Below are positions 27,031 to 35,706 of a DNA stretch of 64,000 nt, piece after piece. The notes under the pieces are model-generated. The model was given only the letters and a program-made list of their open reading frames with translations. It did not search any database and had not been told where the DNA came from. Made by a program: the position numbers and the translations under genes. Every line of letters begins with the position of its first letter. Position 1 is the stretch's first letter. The stretch lies in sequence record NC_010811.2; one strand, given 5' to 3'.

Positions 27031-28374
27031 TTAGAGGTCTGATGCTAGGTTGGGTACTTTGCTCACATCCTTGGACTTCTTGCCTTCACCGTCGATGGTG
27101 CCCAAGGCTGCGACGTCGGTCTGCGACACGTCATACACTCGCATGGTCGCGTAGTCGATGCGCACGGTGAACGGATACGACTGGCTGTTACGAGACTTAG
27201 GTTGCTCGATTGGCGTGATGCCAGTCTCCTTCGACTCTTTGGATGCAACCCACGTGAAGCTGTTGGAGCTATGTTCGGTGATCGCACGGCTGTAGCGGAT
27301 CTGGCCCGTATCGGACAACTGAGCAACGAGGATGTTGATGCAGTTCTCGTTCTCAGCGTTGATCTTGCACTGACGGGCGATGCCACCCAGAACCTGCCAT
27401 GCGTTGTCACCGTCCACTCCCTTCAGCAGCGAGATATAGTCGATGATCTTCGCGTCATACTTGTAGGCGGCGGTAGCTGACAACAGCTGATCGATCGTCA
27501 TGTCCTCTGACGGCTTGAACACGGTGAATCGACCGCCTGCGGCCTTTACCTTCTTCTCCCAGAGACGATGCCGACGGAACACCATGTCCTTCTCGGCTTG
27601 CGTCATCTTCTGGGTGATGATCTTGGTCAGATTCATCTTCGATGTGTAGGCCATGGCCCGGCACATCATTTCCCGATGCGACATTTCGAGCGGCACCATG
27701 AGCACCTTGTAGCCCATGCGCGCCATGTTCATGCCGATGTTCATCGTGAAGGTGGACTTGCCACCGCCAGACGTGGCAGCGACCGTCACCAGACCACCAC
27801 GCGCCAGTCCGCCGTTCACATCGTCGAACGCCTTGATGCCTGTCGGGATCAGATCTTCGCTGTTGTCTTCATACAGGATGCTCTTAACGATCTTGGACGT
27901 GTTGTTGTTACGTCCAAGATGCAGGAAGCTCTCGTCCGTCGACTTCCGACTGTTGACCAGATTGAACGCATGACCCACTTCCTGCGCTAGACGACTGATG
28001 TCGACCTTCGGCTTCTGGAATTCCTCGTTGATGTGGGCCGCGATGTTGTAGAAGCCGCGACCCTGCCGGAAGTGGTTGAGCATGGACACGGCCTTCTCGG
28101 CCTCGGCGCGTGTCTGGATGGTTGCTTGGCTGTTGCGTAGGTGGTCCCGTGCCTGATCGCTCAGATGTGGGTCCTCTACCAACAATCGGTAGGTTGGCGC
28201 TTCACCTGTTCGCGCCATATGCCCACTGATCGCCTCGTACACCTCGATCGACTCGGGGCTGTAGAAGTACGTATCGTCGACGGAAGAGATGAGGGTACCT
28301 GCAACCGTCTTGTCTTTGTGACACATCCCCCGGAGAACCGCAAGTTCTGCGCGGGGCGAAACGAGTTTCGCCAT
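27031..28374 (-). CDS. dnaB: Replicative DnaB-family helicase
   Basis: Walker A AATSGGGKST, H1a LMVPLEMS, Walker B IIDYISLL, LVAQL; DnaB-like N-terminus (AELAVL.GM). Confidence 0.9.
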   Translation of the reverse strand: MAKLVSPRAELAVLRGMCHKDKTVAGTLISSVDDTYFYSPESIEVYEAISGHMARTGEAPTYRLLVEDPHLSDQARDHLRNSQATIQTRAEAEKAVSMLNHFRQGRGFYNIAAHINEEFQKPKVDISRLAQEVGHAFNLVNSRKSTDESFLHLGRNNNTSKIVKSILYEDNSEDLIPTGIKAFDDVNGGLARGGLVTVAATSGGGKSTFTMNIGMNMARMGYKVLMVPLEMSHREMMCRAMAYTSKMNLTKIITQKMTQAEKDMVFRRHRLWEKKVKAAGGRFTVFKPSEDMTIDQLLSATAAYKYDAKIIDYISLLKGVDGDNAWQVLGGIARQCKINAENENCINILVAQLSDTGQIRYSRAITEHSSNSFTWVASKESKETGITPIEQPKSRNSQSYPFTVRIDYATMRVYDVSQTDVAALGTIDGEGKKSKDVSKVPNLASDL

Positions 28375-28389
28375 GGTAGTTCTTATGTG

Positions 28390-28566
28390 TTACTGGTCAG
28401 TGTTGCTATTTACAGGCGGCGGTTCAGCGACCACGTGTGACTGGATCAGTTCGCCGTTCGGCGTGCGATCAAACACCATTGACAGCTGAGCTTCAATCGG
28501 TTCACCGTCCTTGGCCGTCAACAGCCCGCGCCCTGTGCACCGGTTCATGTCCACAATCCAGTTCAT
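28390..28566 (-). CDS. Small hypothetical protein
   Basis: MNWIVDMNRC..., 58 aa; start overlaps the upstream stop; GGAGG SD. Confidence 0.45.
   Translation of the reverse strand: MNWIVDMNRCTGRGLLTAKDGEPIEAQLSMVFDRTPNGELIQSHVVAEPPPVNSNTDQ
28407..28413 (-). promoter_or_regulatory. GTAAATA motif (putative second promoter class)
   Basis: CTGTAAATAGC on the - strand, about 32 nt before the dnaB start. Confidence 0.45.
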
Positions 28567-29288
28567 AGCACCTCCACTTTCTTCTTCACGAGCTGCTCGC
28601 TGAAGTACGCAAGGCTGTGACACGGAACGTGCAGCACTGTGCTACACAGCGAGATGGGATCGGTACCTGCACCCACGACGATGCGCGGCACATACGAGAA
28701 CTTGTCCAGCAGATCACGCGCCTTCTCTACCTTTTGGCCTCCGCTGTTCACTGCCAGATTGGTCAGCACGATGAGCGTGGGCGGTGCCTGCAGTCCGCTG
28801 TCGTACTTGTTGAGCAGCGGATTGTCAAACCCTCCGTAGACCGGCCACCACACGATATTAGCTTTCGGCCCAAGCTGCTTCACATGCTGGAACGCGAGCC
28901 ACGCTGCGAAGTAGCGTGCCTTCACCTCGTCGGGATTGCCACACACGGTGTAGATGATGGGCAGTGTTGCGTCCTTCAGCCAGCGGCGCATACTGTCATT
29001 CTGCGTCTCGGCTTCCACGATCTTCTCGTTCAGCCGTTCGCTTTCCAGCGCAAATGGCACCGGATCCCAGCGGAACTTGGGCTGCTGCCACGTGCTGCGC
29101 GGTACCACATTCATCTCGTCAGTGCGCGGCACGTCAATGGCACGTGGCAGTTCGCCGGGTTCTGCTTCTGGGCGGGCACGCTTGCGAGCGGCGACCTGTG
29201 GCTCGTACTCGACTTCCATCGTCTTCTTGCGCGGAGGTGTGAACGGCTTTCCACGCTGACGATTCGTATTTCCTTTGATTGCGAGCAT
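28563..29288 (-). CDS. Possible degenerate DnaC-like helicase loader
   Basis: alpha/beta P-loop-like topology (IYTVCGN..., LIVLTNL, PRIVVG) near dnaB, but no intact Walker A. Confidence 0.35.
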   Translation of the reverse strand: MLAIKGNTNRQRGKPFTPPRKKTMEVEYEPQVAARKRARPEAEPGELPRAIDVPRTDEMNVVPRSTWQQPKFRWDPVPFALESERLNEKIVEAETQNDSMRRWLKDATLPIIYTVCGNPDEVKARYFAAWLAFQHVKQLGPKANIVWWPVYGGFDNPLLNKYDSGLQAPPTLIVLTNLAVNSGGQKVEKARDLLDKFSYVPRIVVGAGTDPISLCSTVLHVPCHSLAYFSEQLVKKKVEVL

Positions 29289-29290
29289 AG

Positions 29291-29503
29291 TTAGATGGGA
29301 ATGTGGATTTCGACCTGAAGCGTATCCGGCATTTTGCCGTTGAGGTTGGCGACTGCCAGCTCAAACGTAGGACCGGTACCCGTTACATCCGGACCCGTCC
29401 TATCATCTGTGTACAGGGTGATGGTATGCTGCCCACCTTCTTCCACGTGCTTGTAGTCGGCTGCGGTCAGTTGGAAGTTGTTGATCTTCAGCGTTGGGGT
29501 CAT
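29291..29503 (-). CDS. Small hypothetical protein
   Basis: 70 aa with ATGA overlap to the helicase. Confidence 0.5.
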   Translation of the reverse strand: MTPTLKINNFQLTAADYKHVEEGGQHTITLYTDDRTGPDVTGTGPTFELAVANLNGKMPDTLQVEIHIPI

Positions 29504-31029
29504 AGCTCCACCTTCATCTTTTGGTCTTTGCCTGCCAAATAGTCCTTCAGCGTCTGCTCATCAACGCGGGAGATTATGGGCTTGAACACCGGTTTCAGCA
29601 CCTGCCAGAACTCGGTACGCATGCACGCACGACGGATCTGCACATCATCCAGGAACAGGCGGATGATGGGCTGTGGCTTGCCATCGAACGGTGTGAGCAC
29701 GCGACTGAACCGCTGATTGGCGTTCGGCAGATTGCTGCTGGGCGTTACCTCGTACAAGGCGCTGGCCCGTGGGATGTTGGTACCCGTGGACAGCAACTTG
29801 ATGTTGCCAACGAGGATCTTGATGCGATACGTTCGCGCCTGCTGCAGGAACTTGTCGCGCTGATCCTTCTTCAAGCCGCCGAAGAACGGCTGTGCAATGG
29901 TCTTGCCTGCCATCTTGTTGATGGCCATGACCAGTGCCTTGATGGGGGTGATCTGCGCGAATGGGATCAACACCATGTGCCCGTTCTTCGCGTCCTTGAT
30001 CGCCCACTTGGCTATCAGCTTGAGGCGTGCTGGATCCTTCTCCAGACCAGACACCATACGCGTCCACATTACCTGACCCTTGGACGGTCGTGTGTAGCCG
30101 GTACGCACCAGTCGTACTTCAGGACGCAGGCGCTCGATCTTGGCCTCGTAAATCACAGGCCCCATGATGTCCCGCATCAGCACATAGCGGCCATCCTTAC
30201 GATCAGGCGTACCACTCAAGCCGATCTTCCAGCGGCAGTTCAGCTTGTTGAGGATCGACGCATACTGAGGAGCGGCCCCCGTATGAATCTCGTCGACCAT
30301 CACCACCGAAAACATGTCCCGGACCGCGCGAAGTAGTTTCTGCCCGGCTTCGCTGTAGAAGGTTTGGACGGTGACCAGGCAGATGTCGTACTTCTCGAAG
30401 TCTGCGAGTCGCTTTGCAATGCCGATCTGACTGGGTCGGCAAGTGGTAAGTGCTTCCTGCGTTTTTGAGCCAACGAAGGTCTCCTTGAAGCCCAACAGCC
30501 ACTCTCGCTGCGACGCCAGGATCATGGTCTTCTTGCCAATCTTGCAGATGGCCGCAGCACCCATAACAGTCTTACCACTACGCGGAGGCGCCTTGATCAC
30601 GCCTCGACGTTTCTCGATGATCGCTTGTACTGCCTCTTCCTGATACTTGCCCTTATACCGACCGGTGAATCGGATGCGACGTTCCATGGGCACGTCTGGG
30701 AAGTGCGACTTGACCTTGTACTCAACGCCCTCGCGATCCAGCACTTTAGACAGCGCACTCCAGTTACCGGTGGGCGTCTTCAGGTAACGCTTCTTGCCAA
30801 TCTTCACGGTCTCGCATAGACGAGCACCGCCTTGAAATGCTGCACACTCCTCGCACGTAGGCGTGATCTTGGTTTCGGACTGCAGTCGATCTTGCTTGAA
30901 CTCGCACTCGTTGCACGCCTTCTCGTTGAAGAAGTAGTGGGTGAAACTGTGCACCAGATCTTCTTGTACTGCGTTGGGGATCGCCTTCTTCGGGATGAAG
31001 AAGGACTCGCGTGCGTGGATGGTGATCAT
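29500..31029 (-). CDS. uvsW: SF2 DNA helicase, UvsW/XPB-like, with an N-terminal Cys motif
   Basis: Q motif YQEEAV, APPRSGKT, VDEIH, GLSGTPDRKDG, QRFSRVL; CNEC...CEEC at the N-terminus. Confidence 0.85.
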   Translation of the reverse strand: MITIHARESFFIPKKAIPNAVQEDLVHSFTHYFFNEKACNECEFKQDRLQSETKITPTCEECAAFQGGARLCETVKIGKKRYLKTPTGNWSALSKVLDREGVEYKVKSHFPDVPMERRIRFTGRYKGKYQEEAVQAIIEKRRGVIKAPPRSGKTVMGAAAICKIGKKTMILASQREWLLGFKETFVGSKTQEALTTCRPSQIGIAKRLADFEKYDICLVTVQTFYSEAGQKLLRAVRDMFSVVMVDEIHTGAAPQYASILNKLNCRWKIGLSGTPDRKDGRYVLMRDIMGPVIYEAKIERLRPEVRLVRTGYTRPSKGQVMWTRMVSGLEKDPARLKLIAKWAIKDAKNGHMVLIPFAQITPIKALVMAINKMAGKTIAQPFFGGLKKDQRDKFLQQARTYRIKILVGNIKLLSTGTNIPRASALYEVTPSSNLPNANQRFSRVLTPFDGKPQPIIRLFLDDVQIRRACMRTEFWQVLKPVFKPIISRVDEQTLKDYLAGKDQKMKVEL

Positions 31030-31032
31030 CCG

Positions 31033-31467
31033 TTAAGCCTTCTTCACGGTGAGAGTGACTTGCGTTGCCTCGCGGATGGTGTTGAGGTCCAGCGCCTGGA
31101 TCAACAGCTTGTCGAAACCCATGACATTGGTTGACGTCTCGGTGGCGGTCGACACTTCCAAGCGCAAAGTGTAGGGGTCCAACAGCGCGGGCTGTTCGCG
31201 CATCACCGCCTGCAGATCCAGCATCAGGCGCAGGGCCACGTCCTGCGTGGCAACCACCGTCCGCTTGTACGTGGTCAGGTCCTGGATGTACTCGACCAAG
31301 TCGGCGAGCGCCGCACTTGGCATGAAACTGTGGCCCGTGATCACAGCCTTGTCATAAGCCGACAGGTCGGCCGTGGATCGTACGCTGATGGCGCCGAGTA
31401 CAGAGAACGCGAGCAACGTGTACGATGTGCCTTGGACGTCGGTGCGGATCAGGAAGTGCTTTTGCAT
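31033..31467 (-). CDS. Hypothetical protein
   Basis: 144 aa; AAGGA SD. Confidence 0.55.
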   Translation of the reverse strand: MQKHFLIRTDVQGTSYTLLAFSVLGAISVRSTADLSAYDKAVITGHSFMPSAALADLVEYIQDLTTYKRTVVATQDVALRLMLDLQAVMREQPALLDPYTLRLEVSTATETSTNVMGFDKLLIQALDLNTIREATQVTLTVKKA

Positions 31468-31476
31468 GATGTGTCC

Positions 31477-32031
31477 TTAGATGACCTTGCCGCCTTGCGA
31501 CTGCGACAAGAGTGCCATGCTGTCGCGAAGCGTAGAGATGTGGTAGGAAGCCTTGTCGATGTCACCGATGATGGCATCGCACAGGCTGAGCAGGTCCTGA
31601 CCGTCGGTGATCAGGGTGTTGGCCGCTTTCTGCACACGGCGAATGAGCGCAGTGCGTTGCGCCTGATTGCTGTATTTACGCAGATGGCTATCGTACTGAG
31701 TGATCACGTGGCTCTGGATACTCTCCATTGCCTTCTCGACGACCTGGATGTGATAGCTGGCCTTTACCCGAATCTCGACGATACGCGAGCGTGCCTGCAT
31801 GTCGTTGGCCGCTGCGTTCATCAGACTGCTGGGGTTGTACATCTTGCTGGAGTACAGCTTGCGAGCGGTACGTGCGCTATGCAAGGCGAACACCTCGTTG
31901 CGATCCTTCTCGATGTCCAGTTTCTCTTCAGCCTTCTGCACAATGCGTCGGAAGGTTTTGTATGTGGGGTCGCTTCGGATCGTCGACAACAGACTGTCGA
32001 TGTCCACCCCATCTTTCTGTACGCGAGCCAT
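31477..32031 (-). CDS. Helical/coiled-coil protein (possibly UvsY-like recombination mediator)
   Basis: Likely start MARVQKD at 32031; all-alpha pattern; near the UvsW-like helicase. Function is speculative. Confidence 0.4.
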   Translation of the reverse strand: MARVQKDGVDIDSLLSTIRSDPTYKTFRRIVQKAEEKLDIEKDRNEVFALHSARTARKLYSSKMYNPSSLMNAAANDMQARSRIVEIRVKASYHIQVVEKAMESIQSHVITQYDSHLRKYSNQAQRTALIRRVQKAANTLITDGQDLLSLCDAIIGDIDKASYHISTLRDSMALLSQSQGGKVI

Positions 32032-32048
32032 TGCCATTCCTTGTCGGC

Positions 32049-32441
32049 CTACTGTTCTTCGAAGATTTCCTGCACCCGCTGATTGGCCTGTGGGCACAGC
32101 AGAAGCGTTCCCTTGTTGGGATAGTTGTAGATGATGAGGTGATCGGTCTTCAGCATGACCTCAACGTTGGCAGCTTTACCCGCCTGACTGTTGAGATGCG
32201 CCACCACGAAAGTGCCCCGATTCACAGTGTGGAACTGCGAGCGGAACCAGTAGCCCACACGCTCGTTGTCCACCACGCGACGCAGCCAGAATGCATCGAA
32301 CATGCATCCGTTTAGGGGAATCGGCTGGTCGACGATCACTGTGCAGGGATCGGTCACCTCCTTGAACAGGGCAAACCCTTCGCCAAGTGCGTAGAACAGG
32401 GTGGGCACCGCCACCAACGACAACTCCATTCGCTGCTCCAT
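32049..32441 (-). CDS. Hypothetical protein
   Basis: 130 aa; AGGAG SD. Confidence 0.55.
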   Translation of the reverse strand: MEQRMELSLVAVPTLFYALGEGFALFKEVTDPCTVIVDQPIPLNGCMFDAFWLRRVVDNERVGYWFRSQFHTVNRGTFVVAHLNSQAGKAANVEVMLKTDHLIIYNYPNKGTLLLCPQANQRVQEIFEEQ

Positions 32442-32442
32442 G

Positions 32443-33510
32443 TTAGCTCTCCTGATTGAGTGCGATCACGGAATAGCTGTCGGCGCGCTTCACCATGAGG
32501 AACGCGTCGTCCACCACCTTCAGCTGAAGCTCATCGCCCGAACCCTTCACCGCTTCGGCAAAGAACTCGTAGTCGATCTTCAGACTGAAGTCGGCCGCGG
32601 TCTTTGCCTTGCACAGCGCCTTGACTTGACCATTGTTGGTGACCACAGACATTTGCAGCTTGCCGTTCTTGGCCGTGATGCCAAGCTCTGGCCGTTCTTT
32701 GGTGGCTACCGCACGTGCGTTATCGAGGAACGCCATAACGTCGGCCTTGACGGCGGTCACCTTTGACCCATCGGCCTTCACCGCTTCCTTGGCCTTTTCC
32801 AACACCGACTCGATGCTGATCACTTCATCACCGTCAGCGGACGGCAGACTGAGGGCCACCTGTACCATCTTGTTTGACACCCACAGACTGGACTTGGTCA
32901 GATGCAGAACGCAGTCTACGCCCTTGAACACGTCGAGCACGGCGCGCATCGTGTCGAAGGGCAACACAGTCTGGAGATCACCCTGCACGTCGGTCGAACG
33001 TGCGAACGCCATGTGCGCCTGATCATAGCACGCAACGAACGTGGACTTGGCGCCTGCTTGAATGGCAAGTGGCATGAAGCTGCCGCCGCTGGCTTTCAGG
33101 CCGATGCTGGTCACGGTCTTCAGCAGCCACGTGCTGAGGTCCGCGCTCAGCTTCCACTTCTTGGCCTCTTCTTCCGGCTTGAAGTCTTCGATTTCCAAGG
33201 CGTCAACGGTTGACAAGCTGGCTTTGTACCGACCATCAACCAGCGTGAGCACGCCCTTCACCAGTTCCAGGGTCACTTCTTTGCGGCCACGCACGCTGTC
33301 CGACAGCGCGCTGATGGGCAGTGCAAACGTGGCGTCACCTTGGACGGTGCCTGGCAACTGAACGCGACACCGCGACAGCTCACTCGACGAGTGAAGATAC
33401 AGGCGCTTGTCCGTGGCCTGCAGCGTTATGGTGCCGGTCATGGGCGGTGCCAAGAGACTAGCGATACGCACTGCCTCTTGGATGATGGAACATTCGACTT
33501 GGGCTTTCAT
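32443..33510 (-). CDS. dnaN: DNA polymerase sliding clamp, beta-clamp (DnaN)-like
   Basis: 355 aa with three-domain beta-clamp-like periodicity (ITLQATDKRLYLHSS..., ACYD..HMAF, LKIDYEFF.EA.K..GDELQL); in the replication block. Confidence 0.7.
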   Translation of the reverse strand: MKAQVECSIIQEAVRIASLLAPPMTGTITLQATDKRLYLHSSSELSRCRVQLPGTVQGDATFALPISALSDSVRGRKEVTLELVKGVLTLVDGRYKASLSTVDALEIEDFKPEEEAKKWKLSADLSTWLLKTVTSIGLKASGGSFMPLAIQAGAKSTFVACYDQAHMAFARSTDVQGDLQTVLPFDTMRAVLDVFKGVDCVLHLTKSSLWVSNKMVQVALSLPSADGDEVISIESVLEKAKEAVKADGSKVTAVKADVMAFLDNARAVATKERPELGITAKNGKLQMSVVTNNGQVKALCKAKTAADFSLKIDYEFFAEAVKGSGDELQLKVVDDAFLMVKRADSYSVIALNQES

Positions 33511-33538
33511 CTTGTGTTGGTTAGGTGGTATGTGCTTC

Positions 33539-33545
33539 TATTTAC
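33539..33545 (-). promoter_or_regulatory. GTAAATA motif
   Basis: CCGTAAATAGA on the - strand, about 28 nt before the clamp start, right after a terminator. Confidence 0.5.
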
Positions 33546-33555
33546 GGCGCGCCAG

Positions 33556-33593
33556 CTAAAAGCGGCTGGTCCCCTATTGAAGAAGACCAGCCG
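33556..33593 (-). terminator. Intrinsic terminator (- strand)
   Basis: GCGGCTGGTC / GACCAGCCGC inverted repeat followed by TTTT on the - strand. Confidence 0.6.
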
Positions 33594-33607
33594 CCAGCGT
33601 CGTCGCC

Positions 33608-34519
33608 TTAGCGAACGGTGAGGTTCAGGGTAACCGGAGTGGTCAGCGTACTGGCCGCACCGAACTGCTGATACGAGATGTTGAAGGTGAAGGCATACGT
33701 TCCCGCAGCCGCATCCTTCAGCTTGAGGATACGCACCGTATCCCACATGACGGCACCGCCCGGCAACACCGACTGACCGCTGTTCTGCACCAGCACCGCC
33801 TTGAACTCGCCGCTGGAAGGATTGCTGACCACGGTCAACGCCAGCGCCACTGCCTGGTCGCCGAACAGCGCCGGGTTCTGGATCGATGCGGCCTGGAACA
33901 GCGCCATCCAGTTGAAGTCGAAGAACGCGCACTCGCCTTGCAACGTGCTGAGGTCCACCGCCGTGGCCCACGACAGGGCTTGCGGAGTGGTGGCCGGAGG
34001 AGGAGTCGGAGAGCTGCCTGCCACGATGTTCGTATCCAGGTTCCAGTTGAGCGCGTCGAGATACACGCCGCGCGAGTAGTGTTCCATGACCGTTGTCACC
34101 GGCATCGACCACCAAGCACCCATGTTCATCTTGATGGGATCGATGGGAACCAGCGACGGATAGCTGGCCCATGGCTTGACCACTTCACTGTCTTGCGACA
34201 ATGGGAAGTATCCGGCCATGAACTGCGTGACTCGCGTCTGCGACTTCAGATTGTCCGTCTGCGCGATGCCGGGAACCGTGGCAGGCAGCGTCACAACCTT
34301 CAGGTTCACCGTGTGGCCGGGCGATACCGTGAGCGTCGTTTCGCTGCCGTTGAACGTGGTCTCGGTGATAGGGAAGAAGCCAGCGACGCGGCCGGTGTCC
34401 GTGAGGTACGGCACCAGCGTCTGCGTGCTGGGATTGGCCAGCGGCAGGTCGAAGCGAATGCCGCTCGCGTTGGCGAACGCCGACAGGCGAGTGAGCTGAG
34501 AAGGGAGATTGGTAGCCAT
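33608..34519 (-). CDS. Putative virion structural protein (beta-rich, Ig-like C-terminus)
   Basis: MATNLPSQL; T/S/P-rich; C-terminal GTYAFTFNI...PVTLNLTV; in the operon downstream of an AATTTGAT motif. Confidence 0.5.
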   Translation of the reverse strand: MATNLPSQLTRLSAFANASGIRFDLPLANPSTQTLVPYLTDTGRVAGFFPITETTFNGSETTLTVSPGHTVNLKVVTLPATVPGIAQTDNLKSQTRVTQFMAGYFPLSQDSEVVKPWASYPSLVPIDPIKMNMGAWWSMPVTTVMEHYSRGVYLDALNWNLDTNIVAGSSPTPPPATTPQALSWATAVDLSTLQGECAFFDFNWMALFQAASIQNPALFGDQAVALALTVVSNPSSGEFKAVLVQNSGQSVLPGGAVMWDTVRILKLKDAAAGTYAFTFNISYQQFGAASTLTTPVTLNLTVR

Positions 34520-34527
34520 GATGGATG

Positions 34528-34902
34528 TCAAGAGATGATGTTCTGGACCTGAACGTAGGCCAAGTCAGGCCCCAGACAGGTGACGCCACATACGCAATTC
34601 CCACCCGACGGATCAGGCACCTCAATCACCCCAGTATCCGGATTCGTCTGCTGCGCCACGACCTCTCGCCAACAGATGCGAACTTCCTGCTGTTGACTCG
34701 TGACCAGCGCGGCCAACGATGAAGGCTCGGTTCCCGTTTGAAACTGGGAACTGATCGAGGGTTCCACCAAGGTGATGGTGGGCGCGGTCTGTGCATGCTG
34801 GAACTGACCGCCACTCAGCACAAGATTGCCGAGCGGAACGTCGATCACGGGTTGCGTATTCCCTTGCGGGACCAGATAGAGACGGACGTAAGACTGGGCC
34901 AT
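34528..34902 (-). CDS. Putative structural protein
   Basis: MAQSYVRLYL; 124 aa. Confidence 0.5.
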   Translation of the reverse strand: MAQSYVRLYLVPQGNTQPVIDVPLGNLVLSGGQFQHAQTAPTITLVEPSISSQFQTGTEPSSLAALVTSQQQEVRICWREVVAQQTNPDTGVIEVPDPSGGNCVCGVTCLGPDLAYVQVQNIIS

Positions 34903-34942
34903 GGACGTATTTGGGAGTGACAAAGATTGGGTGCGTTGCCCT

Positions 34943-34950
34943 ATCAAATT
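34943..34950 (-). promoter_or_regulatory. AATTTGAT motif (- strand)
   Basis: ATCAAATT on +, about 40 nt before the start at 34902. Confidence 0.45.
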
Positions 34951-35678
34951 TAGGTAGCCGCAATCTGCTGGCTGCTCTTGAGCACATACTGGATCTCGAA
35001 CGATTCAATCCCAGTAGCCTTGGAAACGATGTCGGCGGACGACAGACGACTGGCAGCCACTGCTGCCTTCAGCTCTTCAGCCTTCGGATTCTGCATGAGC
35101 AGCAGAATGTCCTGAAGCTTGAGATTGGCTTTCAGGAAGCGCAGGGCAGTGGTCTTTGGCGTGATGCCTGCCAAGTAGCCGATGCACACTTCGCGCACGC
35201 GCTTCTGCTGCTGATAGTTCTTCAGCCGGTAGAGCTGCGTCTGCAGATCGTTGAGCCAACTGGGTTTGGTCGCCGAGTTCACGTAGTCCATGATCGACGG
35301 ATCGTTCTTCTTGTACTCCCAGCCACTGATATTGGTCGTTGCCTGCTGAAGAGCAGCGGCCAACGCCGCGTCGAACGGCTTCTTCATCTTGTCGTTCCAC
35401 AGAACGTCGGAGATGTTGGTGGTGGACAGTGCGGCACGCGCATCGGTAACCAGAAAGATTAGATGCCCTTGTCGCGCCTTCACGTACTTCTCGAATGTAC
35501 GAAGCCCGTCAACTACCACAGGCCAAGCGGGCTGCTCGGCCACCGGCATGTCCACGTGCGTGACCGCGGTACGATAACCATGGCGCATGACCACGCTATG
35601 ACTCACGTTCAGAGCGCGGAGCGCCTGCGATACGTGCAACGGAGCTCGATCTACGATTCCAAATGCGGCTAATGCCAT
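34950..35678 (-). CDS. Hypothetical replication-block protein
   Basis: 242 aa, alpha/beta N-terminus and helical C-terminus; AGAGGA SD. Confidence 0.55.
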   Translation of the reverse strand: MALAAFGIVDRAPLHVSQALRALNVSHSVVMRHGYRTAVTHVDMPVAEQPAWPVVVDGLRTFEKYVKARQGHLIFLVTDARAALSTTNISDVLWNDKMKKPFDAALAAALQQATTNISGWEYKKNDPSIMDYVNSATKPSWLNDLQTQLYRLKNYQQQKRVREVCIGYLAGITPKTTALRFLKANLKLQDILLLMQNPKAEELKAAVAASRLSSADIVSKATGIESFEIQYVLKSSQQIAAT

Positions 35679-35706
35679 TCTCGTGTCCTCTTCTTATTCA
35701 ATGTTG

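Noticed and set aside
27031-28374. Intein or intron in the DnaB, SNF2 or UvsW-like genes
   Set aside because: DnaB and UvsW-like lengths are normal and motifs are contiguous; I saw no intein splice motifs or LAGLIDADG segments in the SNF2 protein.
31673-31679. GTAAATA copy on the - strand
   Set aside because: It lies inside a CDS (codons for RKY) about 200 nt from the next start and is followed by C rather than G/T; probably incidental.
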